A stretch of DNA of 63,970 nt, counting the filler, from Lenisia limosa (Eukaryota > Protista > Breviatea), in assembly GCA_001655205.1 (NCBI GenBank). It is 6 parts of 6 records of this genome, joined end to end, with 100 filler letters (N's around TTAATTAATTAA, not from the genome) between each part and the next. Parts side by side here need not be neighbours in the genome. Positions count along the whole stretch, not along the records: positions 46,876 to 62,360 come from LPNZ01008323.1; positions 62,461 to 63,970 come from LPNZ01009844.1; 4 more parts are not named here. One strand, written 5' to 3'. Below are positions 51,733 to 63,903 of the stretch, piece after piece. How positions within the stretch are numbered: position 1 is the stretch's first letter; each line of letters opens with the position of its first letter. A program made the position numbers and the translations under genes. The notes under the pieces were generated by a model. That model was not told the DNA's origin and made no database searches. It worked only from the letters and a program-made list of their open reading frames with translations.

Positions 51733-54700
51733 TGGTGCGTTGCATGGTTGGTCCGGATGTCCCAGCCGGGGTGACAGTTTCGCTGTCCAACGTCAAACGC
51801 ACATCCACGGGAAGCCAGGCCGACTTTACCGTCGAGGTGAGGGGGGGAGGGGGAAGGCAGGATTTCGTTGTTACTGTTATATTTGGGATTATCGTTTCAC
51901 AAAATAAAAAAGAAACACGAGGCAAGGCCAGCACCAAATGACCCAGGGAGGAGGGGCGTAGGTAGTTATTATCATGGTTGTTTTTTGTTATTGTTTTCAA
52001 TCTTCTTTGCTGTTTTCAGATCAAGATCATATTATCAGAAGTGTTTATGCTAAGTATGATACATCTCCTGAATCACCCCCCCCCCCAGGGTTCCTGCCCC
52101 GTGGGTTACGAAATGCTGTACACCGCCAAATCCGGAGTGGACTGTTCGTTTGAATCGGGATGGGCGTCTACGCCATCTTGCGTACCAGGTGCGTACTTCT
52201 CTTTTGGTTGATTAGGGCTTCACTTCGGTTCGAAAAAAAAGACTAAATTTCAAGATAAATCTTCGATATTTTACAGGTCTTTTTCGAACCGAAGTGAAGC
52301 CCTAGTCGTGATAAATACTAGAATTTCGATTATGATTTATTTAGTTTTTGTCTGTCCTATTAGAGCTGTGTGAATCATAGATTTTATTGCTTTTAGGTTA
52401 TTATTTGGGTTTTTCAAATTTTGATGCTCATTTCCAAATATTATATCTGAAATTGGGTATTTTTCTGAAGTCACGTTTTTGTTTATTTTGCCTTTTTTTT
52501 TTACTTTTTTTTGAAATTTATTTATTGCTGAATTTGTTTTAGTTCAGTGTCAGGCTTCCTTTGTGGCATCTTCAGAAACTTCAAACTGCACCCAAGGTTG
52601 GACTAGTTTTTACTCGCTCCAAAATCAAAGAGTGGTGTTTTTTTATTTGATTCTTAACATGATGAAGCGTATCGTTGGTAACGATATAGATACTTTTTTT
52701 TGTTTTAAATATATATATTATATTATACTACATATATATTTAAGAAAAGATGAGGGAAACAAATACATATAAGGACCATATGTCGGGGAAGCGTCTTGAA
52801 GCGTTTTGGGTCCTCATCCCCTCTGAGGAGGTGCATGGTCCAGCCTTCTTCTTTGTAGCAACGGCAACTGCCGTCATGGCCACTTAAACCGCAGCCAACT
52901 TATAGCAACCACTAAGTGGAATAAAATATGACCACAGCCGGAATTGAAGCCCNNNNNNNNNNNNNNNNNNNNNNNNNNNNNNNNNNNNNNNNNNNNNNNN
53001 NNNNNNNNNNNNNNNNNNNNNNNNNNNNNNNNNNNNNNNNNNNNNNNNNNNNNNNNNNNNNNNNNNNNNNNNNNNNNNNNNNNNNNNNNNCGTTTCCTCT
53101 TCTTCTTTAAATAAACGCTTTTACACTTGCTAAATAATAAAAACAATCTATTTATGGTTGTTTCATATTATTGTTGAGTTATTTGTTGATTAGATACTCT
53201 GTCAACTTGAATATAAGATGGGTATTGTGTAGTATTTATGTACATGAATCTTGGTAAGTTATCTTTCAACTTACTTCACAAAACAATTTTCAACATCAAG
53301 TGACAGTATTGAATACTGATACACACTTAGTATCTTTCATAGTTACCACCAAATCTTACTTCTGAATAACAACAATCTAGGTTCGAATTACGATTACGGT
53401 ACAGTCTGTTCCTTTACCTGCGCTGGAAGCGCAACCCCAAGACACCAGGTGAGATCCTAGGGATCTACTACACACAAACATACACATATCGATATGAAAT
53501 ATATGATATAGTTGGTATACATAATTATATACTATGATATGTATAGTAATATGCAGTAGTTACGTACATCTATGATATATTATTGTATTGAAATGTATTT
53601 CATTTTATTGTTAGATCTTCTATAAACCAAAAAGTCACAAAATTGTTATTTCAAGGGCGAGAAACAACGCAGGATTACCCAAGTTACAAGATATGATGTG
53701 ATATAATATGTATGTAAGATAGATAAATATTATCGCATTCCACCTAATTGTTACATAGAATAGAAACAACCTTTATGTGTGCACACTCATCAGCTTCTCC
53801 ACCCTTTTGGGAGCAGTATTCTAAGCGATCAACCATGGAGGCTCAGAATGCTATTGCATATACCCTGTCGTATATGGTTTTTGAAAGTGGCCTTCTTCAC
53901 CCCTCAGACCTGCATGGAGACGAAAGCATTTGCTGGTGATAACATGTGCATTCAATGTGGGGGGAGGGGGCAACGTTGACGATATGATGCTGTTCGTATT
54001 TTATGAAGATTTAAATGCGTATTCGTAGTATGTGTGTACAAGATATTTTTTAAATCCGATCTATGTAAAATTGCGAAAATTGAGGGGACGGGAGGGGGTC
54101 TTTCACTCAACATAGTAGATTACTTAATGTAAAATTTTGATTAGTCACTCCTTGTAGTTGGTGCTCTTCACACCTGCGGATCGAACGATTATTACGAGAC
54201 TACAGGCAAGGTGGGAAGAGGGGTGATGGTGTTTTTATAATCTTCCCCGTTTTAAAAAAGTATTTTGGACTGTTGTGAAATTGGTACTCATATTTGAATC
54301 TTGGTCACTGAGAAGCAAGCCACCTGAGTTGTTTTTGTGTCATAACAAAAACCATAATATTTGAAATTCAAATTACTATTCTGCAATATTATGCACTGAA
54401 TTGATTTTCGTATTTTGGTAATTCAAAAAGAGTAGTGTACCGCAAGTTTTCACTATCATTGCTCATCTTGAAACGTTATTTTTTTTTAGTTCCAGTGTTG
54501 GTTCATTTACTATCTGTTTAGGGTGTTACAACACCAGTTCTGCACCCCTCTTCTTATACGCTTACTCTTGCGGATGGCTGGGCTGACAAGGTATTTTGGC
54601 GATTGTTTACAAGATTTTCTATGATGATGCGAGTATTTAATATCATATCATATTCAAAATACTTATCAATGGAACTATGTTATGTACAAAACCAATTGCA

Positions 54701-57700
54701 ATATCAAATTTTTTAGGGGATATTCAAATTTTTTGTTCTATTCTCTCCCTGCGTTAAATCATGAAATAACCACTTTAACAGGTTTCCTTTGTTTCTACAA
54801 TGGTCTTTGGACTCTGTATTGCAACTGAAGGTTTGATGAGGAAAGTGTTAAGCAACTTGGAATTGAAGAAAATTGGATATATTTTATCTTGCATCATCGA
54901 TAAACTAAAAGTACTATCGCAAGATTATAACTCTTTTTTTAATTACGTCTAGCATTTTATCCTTATTTCTTCATTCATCCTTATTGCCTCAGATAATAAA
55001 GTCAAATGCACTGGTATCAACGCGAATAGTCAGGTGGGAAGATTATTAGCGTAATTAACATGATTACAAGTCAAACATAGTTGAGGTCGAATAATGCTCT
55101 TTGAGGGATGGGATACTTGATAGGGTGACCTACCAATTGAGATGTTTAACTTGGCTAGAGAAAACAAAGATTGTAAAAAAATAGGAATGAATCAATGTTT
55201 TACATATTTTAACATTCCTAGCACAATAATGACATTACGGGATCGGCATCTACCCCCCACGTTGTCCAAGATTTCGCTCTTCTGGGAGAGGTTATCACTG
55301 ACTTCAAAACCGGCGCTTACCATGCCATTGTTCTAACTGGTGAGGACTTTAATAATATAATTAAAAAATATATACATATTTGCATATGTAGCTATGTAGT
55401 ATTTGATAAACACGGCTTCACTTCTGCTAACACGAAAAGACTGATTTCTCGATAAATCCTCGATAAATATTGATATTTTCCCGGTCTTTTTGGTACCGGG
55501 GTGAAGCTCTATGGAATGCGTACTAAATTGCCTGTGCCTCCATTCATTTTAAAAGAGGACTTCATGCAGCAGTATTTTCTTGGTTGCATTAAGAAAAACA
55601 AAAAATTATTCGGTTTTCTGTTAGATTTGTTTACCGCCATCATTTCCCTCTCAACTCTTGAACTAAAAAATACTCATGTAACATTCTTATCTAGCATCGC
55701 AAAAGGTCTATACCTGGGGAAGGGAAACCCAAAGCCAGTTAATGAGATCAATTGCTGATGGAGAGAACGGAATTCCTGGAGAGGTTTGCGCAAATACATA
55801 CTACATATCGATATCTTATATGTATATAATGTACATTCATATGCATATACAATATATTCAATCATCTACTATTTGTAATTCCATACATTGTATGTATATC
55901 ATATTTTACACTGAAAACATTATAGTTTCACAGTATTATTCATATCAATGTTGTGATGAAATGTGGAGAGGTTACTTTTCTCGATATTTTCTAATAACAA
56001 TTGACCTTTTTCATATATTTGAACGAAGATTCAATAATTTTGCGCGAGCACTTCTCTTTTTGCTCCATCTTATCAAGAATAAGATAGGGTGATTCAGTTC
56101 GGCATGTCAGTAATTTACTCTCAGTAGCATATGAATTTAGGCAGTTTTTGTGAATAATTTTTATAATTATTTCAGTAATATTTTGATTTTTTTTTTAATT
56201 TTCGTCAACATACATAAATGATGCAAGGAGATCGTATTCTGATGATGTGTTCGACAATTTAGGCTGTCCTTCCGGCTGGCCGATCCGCAGTGGCAATTAC
56301 CGGTAACTATTACGGAACCATTGTGGAGCTGGGTGAGCAAGGGTATGTATTATTTGTACCAAATATTCTCCTATTCCTCCTAAGGTGTTTCAGTCGCTGT
56401 TTTGAATTTCAAAATAATTTGAAGTCATTTATTTAGTTTTGAAAAAAACTATAAGGGACAATTCTGTGGGATAGTTTTTCATTTCAATTTAGCAAAAATT
56501 TATCATCCATTTTCCAGACTCCCAACGTTGTTCCAATTTTGGACGTTTTTGGTTTCAACTTTTTTTTTTTGTCGTTTAAACATCATATTTGAGGAACTTG
56601 CATAATTTACGCCAACTACGCAGAACCAGTACAGCTCCATTGTCTAGTTTTTTTTTGCAATATTGGCCTCATTCAGCCTCTGTTAGGACATTTTTACCCA
56701 TTATTATTAGAGTCGGAATTATCAAGAAGGGTCATTTTGAAAACTGCAAACACAGTTCCACTTCATTTTCCCAACAATATAACAACGACTGATATTATAT
56801 ATAGTCCACCTACACTGTCCGTCATAAGTGTGACCGCTTTTTATGATGGGAAATATGGTTTCATCGTCTCATGTTATTTGATCAGTTCAGTTTTTTAAAG
56901 AATACAGAGAATCGGATACTCTCGTAAAAGACAAAATGCACAATATTTCATATGCATATGATTTATCCATTTAAGTCAGTGTATTTTTAAACCAAGAAAT
57001 ATTCATATTTTTTTCATTGAATTTAATAGACATCTTATTTAAGTCATATTAGGAATTTGAAATAATAAGACAGATGATGGTACTTTCTACGCTGCTGGAA
57101 GTAATGCCGGAAAGGGATATCGAGAGGAGACAGCAGATGACATTACTGGGGNNNNNNNNNNNNNNNNNNNNNNNNNNNNNNNNNNNNNNNNNNNNNNNNN
57201 NNNNNNNNNNNNNNNNNNNNNNNNNNNNNNNNNNATGCTCTCACTATAATCATTAGATGGAATAAATTCTTATAATTAAATCTGCGGTGTTGTTATATAA
57301 TCCAGTTGTCACTTTTATTTCTATAAATATAATACTATATAAAGAGATATGTAGTAATATATTTAATATATTATTAAACAATACAATCTCAAGTTCTTTG
57401 TGTGGAGTTGTAAGGGTGATCATGCATTTATCCCGTCTTTAAACGTATTTCCGTTGTGATGGCAGTTCTAATTGTCTAGACTGGAACAATTATGAGCTCA
57501 TTTATTGATGGGCACCGATCAGTTCTAGTATTCGGTAAAAAACTGGATCTTTTAAAAACAATTTTTTTTAATAGGGTTTTTCAGGGCTCTTAGATACTGA
57601 ACTAACTGATTAAAGATAACGGGAAAGCGTACGCTCGGTCTATATCATCATCGTATTCCACAGATGCGTGTCTGAGTGCAATTTCCTCATCTTTTGTTGA

Positions 57701-60700
57701 AGTAAGTGATTTCACTCCTATTTGGTATTTGCTAGAGGTGGAATTTAATCGTTAAATCATGACGTATACTATGTAGCTATATGATACATAGATATTTTAG
57801 ATAAAATGCTCTTACATAACACCATGTTATCGTTTTACAGGCTTCAAACAAAATTGCACCTTCAACTGGTATCTTTCAAAAAATGTATGTAACAGCACTA
57901 CCAGTAGCTATTGATATCTTATGTCATTATTGTTTTATTTATAGTTGGACTTTTTCAGAAGGGCGCTTTTAATAGATATAATAGTTATTAATTATTTCTG
58001 CTTTTGGTAACAAATAGCTACTGACTGTGTTATTAATAAAATTATCAATTTTCAGGATTGAGACACTCCCCCCCCCCCCNNNNNNNNNNNNNNNNNNNNN
58101 NNNNNNNNNNNNNNNNNNNNNNNNNNNNNNNNNNNNNNNNNNNNNNNNNNNNNNNNNNNNNNNNNCTTCAAGGGGTAACATCTTCGGTACATTGCAACAC
58201 GTTCAGCGCTTGTATCTTTATGACCAGTATGTGAACTCTGACCATGGCTTCGCTGGACATGATGCAGTTTTAACTACAACCATGCTCTTATTCTAGAAGT
58301 GGATAAAATATTCCACATTGAGTTGTCAATATCAACATATTGACCAACCTAACCAATAAACTCGAATTGAATCGTTAATGTTATTGTTTACGCTCTTTGG
58401 GGGAGGGAGTTATACACTTCTTATTCCTACTGCAGATTCCGGGCAGCTGTGGATGTGTTCTGGAACATCTAATGCGATACCAGGCACTGCAAGCGCCAGC
58501 AGTGTACCTGTTTGAGGGCATTAGGATAGTTATTTTATGATATCATGATAAAACCTATTAGTGTTTGATATGTTATTCCGTAGTGTTTCCTCCATCACTA
58601 AGAAATCGTGACGTTTCGCTCACTTATGTAGATTGACATCTCAGTAGGAGAGACAGAGTACAAACATCCAGTTTTGGTTTTGAAAGAGGTGTTTCTTTTT
58701 TATGTTTCTTTTGTATTCCATTCAGTCCAAAAGGTCCTCCAAAATATCGATTTTTATGGAGATGGTATATATATAGATATTCCGACTTTTTTTGGATGAA
58801 CGCAAAGTGCTTGGCTTTATTTCCCCCTCAAATTCTTGCGATCTTTTGACCACTGAAACCCTAAAGATAATGATGTCATATTTTTTTTTATTCAATTTGT
58901 GAATGCTAACTGCTATTCAGGATGCCGTTAATGCCGGTTGTGATGCGGGTAAAAAGGTCACAAAAATTGCTCCAGGCATGCATTCGAATATATTATTCTA
59001 CGGAGGTGAGGGCTTCTTGGGAGGGGTAAGGCTTTACTTCGGTTAGGAAAAAGAGCTGTGAAATATCGATATTTTAAAATCGAGAAATTCAGTCTTTTTT
59101 TGACCCGAAGTGAAGCCCTAGGGTGGGGGTGTATTCTTACCCACAGCGTGAATGTGTCAAGTTTCCAATGTTTATATTATTTATTTACAAGAAATTATAA
59201 GAGAGAGTCTAAATTGTAAACGTTTGACATTTTTTGTTGGAGAATAAAATGATGTTGTAAGGCAAATGATTGGGTGAGTTAATATTATTTTATTATAATC
59301 CAAGCGTTCTCTCGGTAGCGCTTCATGGGCCTTGGCCTGTTTAGCAACGTTGGGGAAATGTCAAAAATGGTTGCGTAGATTTGGAAGGAAGGTTAATTGG
59401 TTGCACAGAAAACGAAGATTTCCTAAGGGAACTTCTTTTGACTGTTCGCGTAAACCAGATGGAACTTGCCCCAGGAGTACATAAGCCTAGCTATAATGTC
59501 TCATTGGTGAGCAAGGAACCTCTATCATAAGTGTTACATCGAACCTATAGTTAAGAGAGTGTTCGCCGATAGCGTATAAAGCCTTTCGACCTTTGTGTGA
59601 GTAGTTGGCTGACTAAATCAGGAGGTGGAGGCCTAGGGCCAAAGCCTTTGAAATGGTTAACGACTCGTGTGGGGGGAGGGAGGCTGCTTTCGAGCGGTCG
59701 CTTTTTTTTAAAACCAACTGGTTTGATGTTGTCTTGGCTGCTCAAAGTTTCTTGTGACGCTTTGGGAAGAATGCTAATCAAATGGGCTTTCATGGCTGAA
59801 CTTGATATAGGAATGAAATCGTCATTTTAAATGAGCGTGCCTGAATGGTCTGTACGAGAGTACTGCTTGAAGGGGTGGCTCGGTTCTTGTTCCTTTGACA
59901 CAGTTGAGTTCTTCTTGTAAGAAACGGTGATCGGAAAAGAAAATAGATACCTGGTTGATCCTGCCAGTCGCGATATGCTTACTTAAAAGACTAAGCCATG
60001 CATGTCTAAGTATAAGGAACTTAAGACAACGTCACTAAGATGGACGGCTTCGGCCAGATAAAACCTTATTATTTTTTATTTTTTATTTCTCATTGCTCTA
60101 TTGGAGAGTAAAATGATGGTGGTGATTAGATATATATTATCCATCGACCTCCTAATNNNNNNNNNNNNNNNNNNNNNNNNNNNNNNNNNNNNNNNNNNNN
60201 NNNNNNNNNNNNNNNNNNNNNNNNNNNNNNNNNNNNNNNNNNNNNNNNNNNNNNNNNNNNNNNNNNNNNNNNNNNNNNNNNNNNNNNNAATGTGGTGAGA
60301 TTTTTTTGAAAAAGGGAGGGTAAAATACAGGGCTTTCTGTTTCTATTTCATACGATCTTAATTATGGTGAGTTAGTATACTGAGTTACCAAAATATAGGT
60401 CTATGAGGTCATGACAACGACAAAGCCAATTATTGAAGTTTTCCCTGGTTACCAAATGACCGCAGTGTGGACAGAGGAATAGCTCTGTTTTTTTAGTCTT
60501 ATTATTGAACAATCTCACTATTTATATGAATTTCTGTATTTTGATATGTAGGGCTTTACTTCGGTTCGAAAAAAGACTGAAATTTTCGATCAATTCTCGG
60601 AAACTATCGATATTTTACCGTTCTTTTTCGAATCGAAGTGAAGCCCTAGTGATATGTTTCGCGCTTCACGTGCTTCTCATTTCTTCTCGTCTTTTATCTG

Positions 60701-61840
60701 GAATAAAACACAACGTTTTCCCGTCAGAGTAGTTACTCAATTGTTTTGGCTTTTTCTGTTAGTTTTTTTTTTTAGTCTTATTATTGAACAATCTCACTAT
60801 TTATTTTCAAGCTCATGTATTCGTACAAAATACAAATACCATGAAATAAATCCGGAACTGTTATTTTCCTACGGTACGAACAGGAGGGAGGTAGAAAGAT
60901 CCAAGTCCGTTTGAAAAATCATTTTTACCTCATTAAAAATATCACAATCAGAACAATTTTTTAAAAAAACTCCGCGATAACCGCGAATGGTAAAAAAAAA
61001 ACCCGTGAAACCCCCGCGACATTTTTTTTTGCGCGGAGTAAGGGCATTTATGAGCGGCTTTTTATTGAAGTATAGCAGGTCTTCCCCAGTTGTATTGTAG
61101 ACTGACTGCATTGTTGCTATCACTCAAATTTATTTTACAGTAAATGAGTTTTGGAACCTGATCCGATCACATCTATTCACAAAAATTCTCAATGAACTCG
61201 AAATATTGATAATTTGTCTTTTTTTGGAAGCAAAGCGTTAGAATCAGTTGAGGCCTGGATCTCTTTGAAAATAAAAATAAACAAATATCGATATATACAT
61301 CATATAACATAAATAGCATAACACAATCTAACAGGTAAAGTTATACCTTAACAGCGGTATGTTGGTAGCCACCCGCTATTTCAAGAACAGCGCCTGGCGC
61401 CTCCATAACCTCAAGAACCTACAATGTCAAAGCAAGTACTCAAATGTGAAATCAAAATTACTATTCTGATAAGTCTGCACGGTTACAGAGTTCTCTGAGG
61501 AAACTGGGATATATCATCATTTGATAGGCCAGTGAAATTGATTGTAATACGGCAAAGTGAGAAAATGAAATGGTAGATGTCACCCAGTATAGTGCATCTT
61601 AAGGGAGGTACATGCATTTAGAGTATTACTAAGATAGCAAATTATAACCAAAATGACAAAGCAGACGTATTAAATATTGTATACTCAAACTGCTATGTTT
61701 TTTTTCAGCAGATTATATCACCCGCATCCCTAACAACCCACAGAATTAGAGGTAGTTGAAGCTCTACAAACAGCATAGTTCTCATTTGTCACTGAAATAG
61801 CGAAGACTTTCGTGACGCTGCATTCTGTTGGAGGATTGGT
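51733..61840 (+). CDS. Extracellular-type protein with Sushi/CCP-like modules followed by RCC1-like beta-propeller repeats
   Basis: Exons 51733-51836 and 52089-52188 give RCMVGPDVPAGVTVSLSNVKRTSTGSQADFTVEGSCPVGYEMLYTAKSGVDCSFESGWASTPSC (C..GY...C...W...P.C); second module GSNYDYGTVCSFTCAGS. RCC1-like pieces: VGALHTCG, NKVKCTGINANSQ, ITDFKTGAYHAIVLT, VLPAGRSAVAITGNYYGTIVEL, DDGTFYAAGSN, VTSSVHCNTFSACIFMT, SGQLWMCSG. That all belong to one gene is inferred. Confidence 0.6.
59948..60016 (+). rRNA. 18S rRNA (fragment): Truncated 5' fragment (~69 nt) of 18S rRNA, preceded by probable 5' ETS; non-functional copy
   Basis: TACCTGGTTGATCCTGCCAGTCGCGATATGCTTACTTAAAAGACTAAGCCATGCATGTCTAAGTATAAG matches the universal eukaryotic SSU 5' end, then the similarity stops. 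Confidence 0.92.
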
Positions 61841-62479
61841 GAAAGAGGGGCATTTCGATGCACAAAAGACTGCTTGAGGTAATATTTAAACCAGAGAAGG
61901 GGGGGGGGGGGGNNNNNNNNNNNNNNNNNNNNNNNNNNNNNNNNNNNNNNNNNNNNNNNNNNNNNNNNNNNNNNNNNNNNNNNNNNNNNNNNNNNNNNNN
62001 NNNNNNNNNNNNNNNNNNNNNNNNNNNNNNNNNNNNNNNNNNNNNNNNNNNNNNNNNNNNNNNNNNNNNNNNNNNNNNNNNNNNNNNNNNNNNNNNNNNN
62101 NNNNNNNNNNNNNNNNNNNNNNNNNNNNNNNNNNNNNNAACACATCAAATTCTATCTAAGCAATATCACACACACAGAAAACACTAATAATATCCAGTCC
62201 AAACTATGGGAACAATAAACCCTTTCCTCCGGTGTCATCATTCACTCAATTCCCCACTCTGATTCCTTCAAAAACATATCCTCAAAACTCTCCATAACAA
62301 GCTCTAAAAGTCACCAGGAAAAGAAAGCGCCTCACAAATAGCCTGTACCCCCCCCCCCCCNNNNNNNNNNNNNNNNNNNNNNNNNNNNNNNNNNNNNNNN
62401 NNNNTTAATTAATTAANNNNNNNNNNNNNNNNNNNNNNNNNNNNNNNNNNNNNNNNNNNNATCGAAATTTCCTTCGTTT

Positions 62480-63903
62480 TACCCCCTGCCCCCATGCTGA
62501 CGATGCAGGGCCGTGGGAGTTGGTGGCGCATAGGACTGCCTCATCTACTCCCCCCGAAAGCGGTAGGTTACAACGCGAATGTTTGACTGTTTTTCAGCTG
62601 GAAGTTGATTATAAACATAATTCACTTTCCCTTAATTATTGCTTTGGAGTTTCAGATTATTGGGTTTACGATTAGTACCTTCACCAATGTTCTTCATTGA
62701 AATTTCCATCATTTCACCCCCCCCCCCCNNNNNNNNNNNNNNNNNNNNNNNNNNNNNNNNNNNNNNNNNNNNNNNNNNNNNNNNNNNNNNNNNNNNNNNN
62801 NNNNNNNNNNNNNNNNNNNNNNNNNNNNNNNNNNNNNNNNNNNNNNNNNNNNNNNNNNNNNNNNNNNNNNNNNNNNNNNNNNNNNNAACCCTAGACTACG
62901 TAGTAGCAGGATCCAATTTGGTGATCCCTGCCGCTCGATGGACCAAGTTACGGGCTGCATCGGTGTGCAGGGGTGTCGCTTGGTTATAGCAAGGAACTGG
63001 TTCTTTAAATCTAAATATAATAAAATAACGTTAAATCTTGAAACAAAAAAGAATATGTTAACTACCATAATATTTGCTATTTTAGTTACATAGTATATAT
63101 GTAGCTATATGTATATATTATTGGGGAGTCCATGTTTCATAGAACGATACTTTAGTTCTATTGGAACAGTATGTGCTAGATATGATGTCATTATGTCTTA
63201 TATATGATAGAGTTTACCCCCATCAGTCCTCATTTATACCTCTCTTTTTCTCTTGTTGATATTTGAATTATTTCTTATGTCCATTACCCCCGACCAGTCG
63301 AAGCTCCTCTTTGTCTACACGGCGAGTGGCGTGGATATCAATGTCACGCCCCTTTCCTCCCTGACCTACATGATCTTTGACATGGGCGTCATTCGGGCTG
63401 AAACTGCCGTATGGGGGGGGGGGTGTACTTGATGAACGTGAGAAGTTTTGACCAAAGTTTGAAGGTGAATCTGTAAGTAAAAGAATTTATCAATTGACTA
63501 AATGTAAGACAAGACTAAGAATATATATTCTATACTGAGAAAATTTGGAAACTCATGTGAGCTGCCCTGTTTTGGCCTTCATTTCATATGACGCATAGAA
63601 AATCTGAATCACACTGGTCCAAGAATTTAGATCTAGCTTTTAAGCAGCTTTTATTAGCGTTAATTGACCGCCTTTACGCCTGTAGTTCAACTGCAACTCT
63701 ATCCCTAATCTGACTGCCAACTGGCGTAAGAGGGATGAAGTAAAAGAGGAGGTGGTATCTTTCCTTCTCAGGTCAAATCACCCCCATCACCCATACTCTC
63801 ATTTTGTATCTTTAACACCCCCCTATCCTGCAGTTCTGCATACCGAAGTATCTGGCTGTTTGGGCTCTGGAGGGGACTACAGCATCCTTGGCGAGTACAC
63901 CTC
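62480..63903 (+). CDS. Internal exons of an unknown gene
   Basis: HADDAGPWELVAHRTASSTPPKA, TLDYVVAGSNLVIPAARWTKLRAAS, SKLLFVYTASGVDINVTPLSSLTYMIFDMGVIRAETA, each followed by GT. Confidence 0.45.

Larger units (their letters stand above)
11638..60648. mobile_element. Dispersed family A MITE copies: ~11638, 15829, 18067, 26189, 26940, 27700, 28297, 29217, 29313, 30045, 33864, 35020, 36558, 37191, 37552, 51247, 52213, 55412, 59027, 60549, plus fragments (span marks first to last copy, not one element)
   Basis: ~100-bp unit, TIR TAGGGCTTCACTTCGGTTCGAAAAA, TCGA/ATCGAT-rich core. TSDs matching 6-7 of 8: GATATGAT/GATATAAT (26189), AATATAAT/AATATAGT (33864), ATTGGAGG/CTTGGAGG (37552), GGGAGGGG/GGGTGGGG (59027), TTGATATG/GTGATATG (60549). 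Confidence 0.9.

Noticed and set aside
59304-60016. Functional rDNA unit
   Set aside because: 18S similarity ends after ~69 nt and is followed by family B sequence and host-gene exons
16314-60732. Recurring ORF peptides such as RLNFSINPRKLSIFYRSFSNRSEAL suggesting a protein family
   Set aside because: They are translations of MITE family A; copies have indels and stops
9448-60802. Short local duplications (~9448-9522, 43880-43915, 48068-48118, 48295-48340, 60489/60768)
   Set aside because: Two-copy slippage-type duplications in introns or intergenic DNA with no shared motif or element ends
7229-62886. ORFs extended through X runs
   Set aside because: Artefacts of translating assembly gaps
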